Origin: a virus
Taxonomy: Duplodnaviria > Caudoviricetes
Direction: 5' to 3' (one strand)
DNA length: 64,000 bases
IMG/VR virus record: IMGVR_UViG_3300028832_000134
Coordinates: 6,086-70,085 of that record
Shown: positions 58,111 to 64,000 of the stretch, piece after piece
Position numbering within the stretch: the stretch's first letter is position 1
How the letters are laid out: each line of letters starts with the position of its first letter
Program-made: the position numbers and the translations under genes
The notes under the pieces: model-generated
The model's input: the letters and a program-made list of their open reading frames with translations, nothing else
The model's database searches: none
What the model was told of the DNA's origin: nothing

Positions 58111-58381
58111 TATATTCAGATAGCCATTCTTTCACAGCTACTTGAGCTTGTGCAAAGCATAGCTCCATGTCGATAGATGTCTCACAGCACAAGATTACAT
58201 CGTCGTCTACATGCGGAGATTCCGGATAATCTGATGCACATCCTTTTTTCGTCACGAGGATCTGCCAATCGGTTCGCTTACTGTAAGTTATCTCAACGTG
58301 AACAGGAAACCACGTGACAAGTCCTTCAATGAATTTCAAGAAATCATTCATGATACTCCTCCTACAGCTGAATTTCGACAA
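58097..58381 (-). CDS. Hypothetical protein
   Basis: Packed in operon. Confidence 0.55.
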   Translation of the reverse strand: MSKFSCRRSIMNDFLKFIEGLVTWFPVHVEITYSKRTDWQILVTKKGCASDYPESPHVDDDVILCCETSIDMELCFAQAQVAVKEWLSEYNGGY

Positions 58382-59975
58382 CTAGCCGATCTCTTGCTCG
58401 AGTAATTCCTACATAGAACAGATTCTTTGCTGCCTCGTCAATCAGCTTGAATGTATGAGAACCTACATGAAGAAGATAAACTACATCATACTCGAGTCCT
58501 TTGGAGGAGTGGATTGTTCCTACATACAGCGAAGATTCCTTGGATGCGGAAGCAGCTTCAGCGAGAAGATTCAGCATATCTTGCCATCCAATATCATCTG
58601 ATAGATCTTCCGGATCAGGAACATCAACGCTCAAATATCTACAGAGACTGCTCCATCGACTAATTGCCAATTCTTCTGTATCTTGTGACAACTCCCAGAT
58701 TCTCTGAATTGCTTTCCATCTGTAGCTGATCTGCATAGCGTTTTTGTGCATATTGAGGAACCTCTCTAGCCGATCCTCATCGTCGTCATCAGGCAGAGCA
58801 GAGATAGTCTCTACTCGAATGTAGTAAGCATACTTCTCTGCATTGAGATATGTAGATAACCAATCTAGTGCATACTTGCTATCCAAGGCGGACTTAAGGA
58901 GATGAATAGCTTCATTATTCTGCTTACCGCTGATGAAATCAATTCCGCGTTTTGTCAGCTCCTTACCTACAGCTTCTACCTCAGCGTTGGTCCGGCAGAG
59001 GATTGCACCCGAACAATTCGACTGGTTTCTCCAATCGGCAACAACCATGTCGAATGCTTCTGGAGCAAGATACCAGCTACTTTTCAACTTGCAAGGAATC
59101 ACATCAACAGATTGCCCGAGAGATCTTTCAGAGATGATGTCAACTCGATACGCCGGATCAGCGTGCTTGCTGTTTCCGTTTGCATAATCACATATAGATC
59201 CAGTGGATCGATAGTTCTGCACAAGTCGAATCACTTCCCATTCGGGATCGACAGCGAGAGCCTTGATGATGCTGCTGTCTGCACCACGGAAGCCGTAGAT
59301 AGCCTGGAGGGCATCACCGACCACGAACAAATTAGAATCAGGGAACGATGATACAAACTCCCACTGACGCGGATCAGTATCCTGGAACTCGTCTACAAAT
59401 ATGTATTCATACTGATCTTTGTATTTCATGATGTAGGGCTTGTTGTCTTTGAACATCTCGCATACACCATAGCAGAGTCGATCAAAAGTTATGAGGCCAC
59501 GAGTACGCATCTCTTTAGCGAAAGCCTTGTTGTAGACCTTCAACATATCTTGATCTCGAAGATCTGTAGACTTAGCAAGTGCTCTGTAGGACTGCTTGAT
59601 GCCTAACTTCAGCAGGCAGGCCTTTTCTATCTGCTTCAAATCTTCAGGTTCAGCTACAGTAGGGATGGATGAATATCCGAGGGCCATGCGGACAGAGGAG
59701 TTGGTGATGATAAGATGATAGCAGAAACTATGGAATGTCCGAAACTCCGGAATTCTAGGAGAGTTGCTCAGCTTAGTGAACCTGTCCTTCATCTCAAACG
59801 CAGCTGCATTTGTGAACGTCAGTGCCAAGATGCTTTCGGGAGGTACGCCCTGATCCACCAGATGTTTGATGCGAGCAATCATGGTGTAGGTCTTACCGGT
59901 TCCTGCTCCCGCCAGACACAGGATCTTTTTTGCAGTAGAATTCACTGCACTCTCTTGAGAAAGGTTCAGTCCCAT
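58362..59975 (-). CDS. UvrD/PcrA-like SF1 helicase
   Basis: AGAGTGKT, LTFTNAAA, VDEFQD, VGDALQAIYGFRGA, NYRS, TIHSSKGLE, YVGITRA. Confidence 0.93.
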   Translation of the reverse strand: MGLNLSQESAVNSTAKKILCLAGAGTGKTYTMIARIKHLVDQGVPPESILALTFTNAAAFEMKDRFTKLSNSPRIPEFRTFHSFCYHLIITNSSVRMALGYSSIPTVAEPEDLKQIEKACLLKLGIKQSYRALAKSTDLRDQDMLKVYNKAFAKEMRTRGLITFDRLCYGVCEMFKDNKPYIMKYKDQYEYIFVDEFQDTDPRQWEFVSSFPDSNLFVVGDALQAIYGFRGADSSIIKALAVDPEWEVIRLVQNYRSTGSICDYANGNSKHADPAYRVDIISERSLGQSVDVIPCKLKSSWYLAPEAFDMVVADWRNQSNCSGAILCRTNAEVEAVGKELTKRGIDFISGKQNNEAIHLLKSALDSKYALDWLSTYLNAEKYAYYIRVETISALPDDDDEDRLERFLNMHKNAMQISYRWKAIQRIWELSQDTEELAISRWSSLCRYLSVDVPDPEDLSDDIGWQDMLNLLAEAASASKESSLYVGTIHSSKGLEYDVVYLLHVGSHTFKLIDEAAKNLFYVGITRARDRLVVEIQL

Positions 59976-60337
59976 CAGTTGTAGTCCTCCATGTGAACAT
60001 CATCGTAGTAAGCGCTGTCAGCAATGAATCTGCTGAGATTAGCATACCCGCCGACGTTGATCCGAATGAGGTTGAGCGTCTTAGACAGCTTGCCTCCGCG
60101 ATGAAAATTAACATAAACAAATACGAGCACTACCGCTGCCCATCCGTAGATGTGACGATAGTACTTGCGAGGATCGCTAAGAAAGCAGCCGATGCTTGTC
60201 CCTCCGATGAAAGCTACACAGCCCCATCGAAGTAAGATGCGCCAGTGTTCAGAACTTTCGGCACCGAGCATGACAAAGAACCCAACCGCAGCAACAGCGG
60301 CGAAGAAGTAGACAGCGATCTTTTGTACGGTTTTCAT
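59975..60337 (-). CDS. Membrane protein
   Basis: Three hydrophobic segments. Confidence 0.65.
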   Translation of the reverse strand: MKTVQKIAVYFFAAVAAVGFFVMLGAESSEHWRILLRWGCVAFIGGTSIGCFLSDPRKYYRHIYGWAAVVLVFVYVNFHRGGKLSKTLNLIRINVGGYANLSRFIADSAYYDDVHMEDYN

Positions 60338-60434
60338 TTTAACTTTTCCTCCTATTAGAGCATTGATAAAAAGTTATCTGTGTAGACACCTAAGGATTAG
60401 GCATCTACACAGATAATAACGATTCTAGGTTAGG

Positions 60435-63400
60435 TCAATCTTTTCCAACCTCGATGTTCTCGATTGAGGACTTCTTATAGTTGAAATCGATTTCTACATT
60501 ATCATCATCGACAATGTATTCTTCATCATCCGGACCGTAGCTTTCATAGTAGACAGGAACCATCACATCGTATGCAAGATGAATTCTACCACGAACTCGA
60601 TATGTTCCCGGTTCGGCAGGAAGTTGCGGCAATAGCAGATCAAGCACATTCTCTGCTACAGATTCGGAATAGTCAAATTGAATACTAGGATGTTCATCAA
60701 CAACCCAGTCAGCTTCATCTTTCTCGAACTTAGGACTACCTACGAAATCTACAGTATCAACTTCAACTATGATATCATCATCTAGATCGACGGTGATATA
60801 TTCTACACTTTCTTTTTCCTCAGGATCATCATAATCAGGAGGCTCAAGTGGTGGTTCAGGGAAGTCAAACACTGATGACTCTACAGGCGTCATGGTATCG
60901 GCAGTCACTTTCTTATTGAAGATGAAGGCCTCCATGATACCGGGAGCTACCATGTCGAAGTAAGCGTTCTTATCGTAACGTGCAACAATTGGATCTAGAG
61001 CCTCTGCTAACTTCTCCATTCCGCGATAACTGAGTTCGCAACGAACTTCAATCTTAAGCGCACCATCTTCAGTTTCTTCCTCTTCTACAATGAGGTAATC
61101 AGCGATCTCCGATAGCGGGAAGCCCATGTCACTCTTCTGCATGCGCTTACTAGCAGCATTGAGAAGTTTGTCATGAATAGCTTTCATTGAGATAGAAGAA
61201 GCAGACATGATAGTTTCAGCATCCTCAACATACTGTTCCATGATGTCGAGACCGGCAGTAACCTGACCGTCTTTATTAACGCCAAAGCTCCATGTGATAG
61301 GACAATTAGAACCCTCTTCTAACTCATGAATCGCATCCAGCATCGCTCTAGGCACATTGTCCTTGAGGGCAACGAAGTCATTCTGAGGAACATGAGATGT
61401 TTCATTTATGACCTGTAGATGAACAGCTCCCATCCAAGTCTTACCAGGATTGGTCTTGTATGCCGGGTCAAGGATGAATCCGTACTGATCCAGAATGTCG
61501 ATCAGAGAATCAACTACTTCTTTCGGCGTTTCTACAAGAGCAGCTTTGACTGGCTGTCCTTTGACCTTTCGAGAACTAGTCAAGTCAGATACATAACTAG
61601 GAATCTGAATATCCTTCCAGATCTTCATCCAACTAGCACGCTGTTGCTCTGTCGCTTCAGGCTCTACATAGTCCCAGAAGGAACTAGCAATCTGTTCAAA
61701 TAGAGGAGCTACATACTTGTATAGATCCTTGACTCGTCTGACTTTCCGCTTATCTATCCGAACAGTTCCTTCATGCTCTGCACCATCAATTGAAAAAACA
61801 ACAGTTAGCATGTTGTTGTCCAGATAAACACCGCTGAACTGTACATCGCTTCCAGGATCTTCATCATCGGCAAGATGTTGAATCATCGGTTCTAGTGAAT
61901 CCGCAAACTCCATCAGCTCATCCTTGCTGAAATACTCATCATCTGCAATGTCGTAAGCTCCTCCGTAGTTTGCAGCTGTGACTTTATCTCCTTGTGCTCG
62001 CCAGTAAAGATCATCAGAAATGTCTTTACCAATAGCAGCGGGTGACTTGTCAGAACGAGCTTCTTCGGAGTACTTAGTGTACAGTTTCTTGTCTACTGAC
62101 AAGAGTGAAGAAATGATTTCTTCTAGATCTTCAGCCGTAGTTACTTCAGCGGCCTTCTTAGCAAGGAACATCAAGTCTTTGTTTGAAACGCCACTTGCAC
62201 CTTCAACATAATCGTCTTCATCTTCTAAGAACCAATCTTCACCTTGTTCATGAATTGACCAGCCCCACACTATAGTTTCGGCTTGAGCGTGAGAGCAGTT
62301 GAGCATCTCCATCACATCATCTACTTTTTGATTGTAGTCGGTGTAACCACCGCATTCGGAGAGATACTCATAAATCTCATCCATTTGTTCGGCAGAGACT
62401 TCAATGTCGTGATCCTCATCAGCTCCAGGCTCCCAGTATCGACTAGGCAGCGAAACATCACTAGTTACTGCACTTCCAGAAGGATGAGCGATGATCAGCT
62501 TGCCCTTTCTGATAGCATCAGGAAACACTTCTTTGATCTCATCGAGGTAGTCCGCAGTCTTGCGATTCAGCTGATAGCCGCTCTTGGTCGGACCTTCGTT
62601 ACCTCTGCCTGAACCTTCGTAGACGGTGATGTACACTACACCTTCAGGCTTGACTACACGACGAATATTCTCGAGTACATTTCTGCGAACCTCAGGCTCC
62701 TTGATGACATTCAGAACATTAGAACATGTAGCTGAATCAGCACCGCCGGCCTTGCGAATAGTTCGAAGAACTTCACGATTGTGTTCCGGGGTTCTGTTGT
62801 AAGGATCGTAGACCAAGTTGATTACATCCATCGGAGCAAGATATTCGGCAACATTATCAAACTTGCCGCCGCCATAGTCGATGTTGATTGTACCTGGCTC
62901 CAGATGAATCATCTTGAAGATAGCCGGCAGCTTGCCACTATTGATGGAAGTATTCTCTGAGGTGAATTCTTGAGAGATCTCTCGGATATCATCTTCATAC
63001 TCATCTACATCTTCAGAAGCAGTTACTGCAGCAGTATCACAACCTACCAAGACAAATCCATCACGTTCTGCACCGAGACCACCTCTACCTAATAGCCGAG
63101 CTCGAGTGTATGGTTCGGGAATTACAGCATCCATCTCCTCTTCAGCTTCGCTGAAATCTGAAGAATTGAATTTGAATAGAATCTTGTGTTGATTTCCATT
63201 GATATCAGTGTACTTTGCCATCCAATAGGTATCACTGTCCTGTGCAGCAGTAACACCAGATTCGCTGATAATTTCATCAACACACTTCTTAGCAGACTCT
63301 AAGGAAGAGTGCCCAGCATCTTCTAGCTCACGATGTTTGTCGTAGATGTTGTAACCATCACCGCCTCGGTCTAGTACAATGAGGTATCCTCTGTATCGCA

Positions 63401-63953
63401 CAGATGTAGGTGAAAGACGACGATCTGTTTTGTGCGTTGCGTCTGCTGCTGTCTGTACAGGCTGCTTAGTTACATTGTGATACTCCTCTTCTGCTCGCTT
63501 CTTGTCATCAGCAGTCAGCTTAGAAGAAGGAATGCCCCAAGTAGATTGGCAATACTCATCAAACGTCACGGGCTCCTTCTTGGAGCTTGCCTTGACTTCC
63601 TTAGCAGAGTTCACACGACGCTTGATGCTGTCTACATAAGCTTCCCAACGACTGTACCAGTAGTCGTAATCATCATCAGTTAGATCGTCAGGGCCGCCCG
63701 GACCGTGACGCTGAACATATTCATTGAACGGAAGGGTGAATTTCACTTCTCCGTTATAAAGTGGATGTGCTTCAAATTCAGCACCGCATTCATTGCAGAT
63801 AAATACTTCGCCTTCGTCTACCAATGGCGTGTTGTCAGGATAGACGGGCACAACTGCCTTATTATGGCATTCAGGACAAGTATACCACTTGTCTGCTTTA
63901 GACGCCTTGATTGGTGCCTTTGGATGTTTTGTAAACTTTCTCATTTTCTGCAC
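60435..63953 (-). CDS. Large acidic multi-module protein with an internal class I SAM-dependent methyltransferase domain
   Basis: IDYGGGKF, YDPYN, SNVLNVI..RR..L..I.R..KP.G at about 62480-62960; N-terminal CPEC...CNEC zinc ribbon. Confidence 0.75.
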   Translation of the reverse strand: MQKMRKFTKHPKAPIKASKADKWYTCPECHNKAVVPVYPDNTPLVDEGEVFICNECGAEFEAHPLYNGEVKFTLPFNEYVQRHGPGGPDDLTDDDYDYWYSRWEAYVDSIKRRVNSAKEVKASSKKEPVTFDEYCQSTWGIPSSKLTADDKKRAEEEYHNVTKQPVQTAADATHKTDRRLSPTSVRYRGYLIVLDRGGDGYNIYDKHRELEDAGHSSLESAKKCVDEIISESGVTAAQDSDTYWMAKYTDINGNQHKILFKFNSSDFSEAEEEMDAVIPEPYTRARLLGRGGLGAERDGFVLVGCDTAAVTASEDVDEYEDDIREISQEFTSENTSINSGKLPAIFKMIHLEPGTINIDYGGGKFDNVAEYLAPMDVINLVYDPYNRTPEHNREVLRTIRKAGGADSATCSNVLNVIKEPEVRRNVLENIRRVVKPEGVVYITVYEGSGRGNEGPTKSGYQLNRKTADYLDEIKEVFPDAIRKGKLIIAHPSGSAVTSDVSLPSRYWEPGADEDHDIEVSAEQMDEIYEYLSECGGYTDYNQKVDDVMEMLNCSHAQAETIVWGWSIHEQGEDWFLEDEDDYVEGASGVSNKDLMFLAKKAAEVTTAEDLEEIISSLLSVDKKLYTKYSEEARSDKSPAAIGKDISDDLYWRAQGDKVTAANYGGAYDIADDEYFSKDELMEFADSLEPMIQHLADDEDPGSDVQFSGVYLDNNMLTVVFSIDGAEHEGTVRIDKRKVRRVKDLYKYVAPLFEQIASSFWDYVEPEATEQQRASWMKIWKDIQIPSYVSDLTSSRKVKGQPVKAALVETPKEVVDSLIDILDQYGFILDPAYKTNPGKTWMGAVHLQVINETSHVPQNDFVALKDNVPRAMLDAIHELEEGSNCPITWSFGVNKDGQVTAGLDIMEQYVEDAETIMSASSISMKAIHDKLLNAASKRMQKSDMGFPLSEIADYLIVEEEETEDGALKIEVRCELSYRGMEKLAEALDPIVARYDKNAYFDMVAPGIMEAFIFNKKVTADTMTPVESSVFDFPEPPLEPPDYDDPEEKESVEYITVDLDDDIIVEVDTVDFVGSPKFEKDEADWVVDEHPSIQFDYSESVAENVLDLLLPQLPAEPGTYRVRGRIHLAYDVMVPVYYESYGPDDEEYIVDDDNVEIDFNYKKSSIENIEVGKD

Positions 63954-64000
63954 CCATTCTCCTCTTTGAATTTATTAAAACAGGTGTATGAACACATCTC

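Noticed and set aside
1-64000. Stop-codon reassignment
   Set aside because: Conserved genes are full length in code 11, TAA/TAG/TGA all serve as stops, and no suppressor tRNA was found (the UAG/UAA anticodons are Leu tRNAs)
1-64000. Retron, DGR or anti-CRISPR loci
   Set aside because: No reverse transcriptase or TR/VR pair seen; small acidic ORFs alone are not evidence of anti-CRISPRs

Overview
A 64-kb segment of a large tailed dsDNA phage, probably infecting a Bacillota host (strong AGGAGG Shine-Dalgarno sites, sigmaA-type promoters). Nearly all genes are on the minus strand; a short plus-strand island (about 28.7-30.6 kb) lies next to an iteron-like origin candidate. It carries a terminase large subunit; a large replication/recombination block (primase, DnaB-like helicase and loader, SSB, a frameshifted intein-containing family A polymerase, beta-clamp-like protein, DnaX/HolA/HolB-like clamp loader, RecA, Cas4-like nuclease, resolvase, RNase H, NAD+ ligase, SMC-like ATPase, UvrD helicase); two sigma-like factors; ClpX; putative tail proteins; and a 6-kb RNA cluster with 12 canonical tRNAs, a tmRNA, tRNA-like remnants and long structured ORF-free tracts. 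Best leads: (1) a 7-deazaguanine salvage system (preQ1-riboswitch-like leader, uORF, YhhQ transporter and amidase, next to a guanine deaminase, plus a distant DpdA/TGT-like enzyme); (2) a ~1-kb GOLLD/ROOL-like ncRNA candidate; (3) an endonuclease cassette that truncates tRNA-Gln and sits beside a divergent replacement; (4) a catalytically dead LigA paralog; (5) a ClpX lacking its ClpP-docking loop; (6) a 1172-aa putative polyprotein with a methyltransferase module. All calls are from visual motif recognition; no database searches were run.
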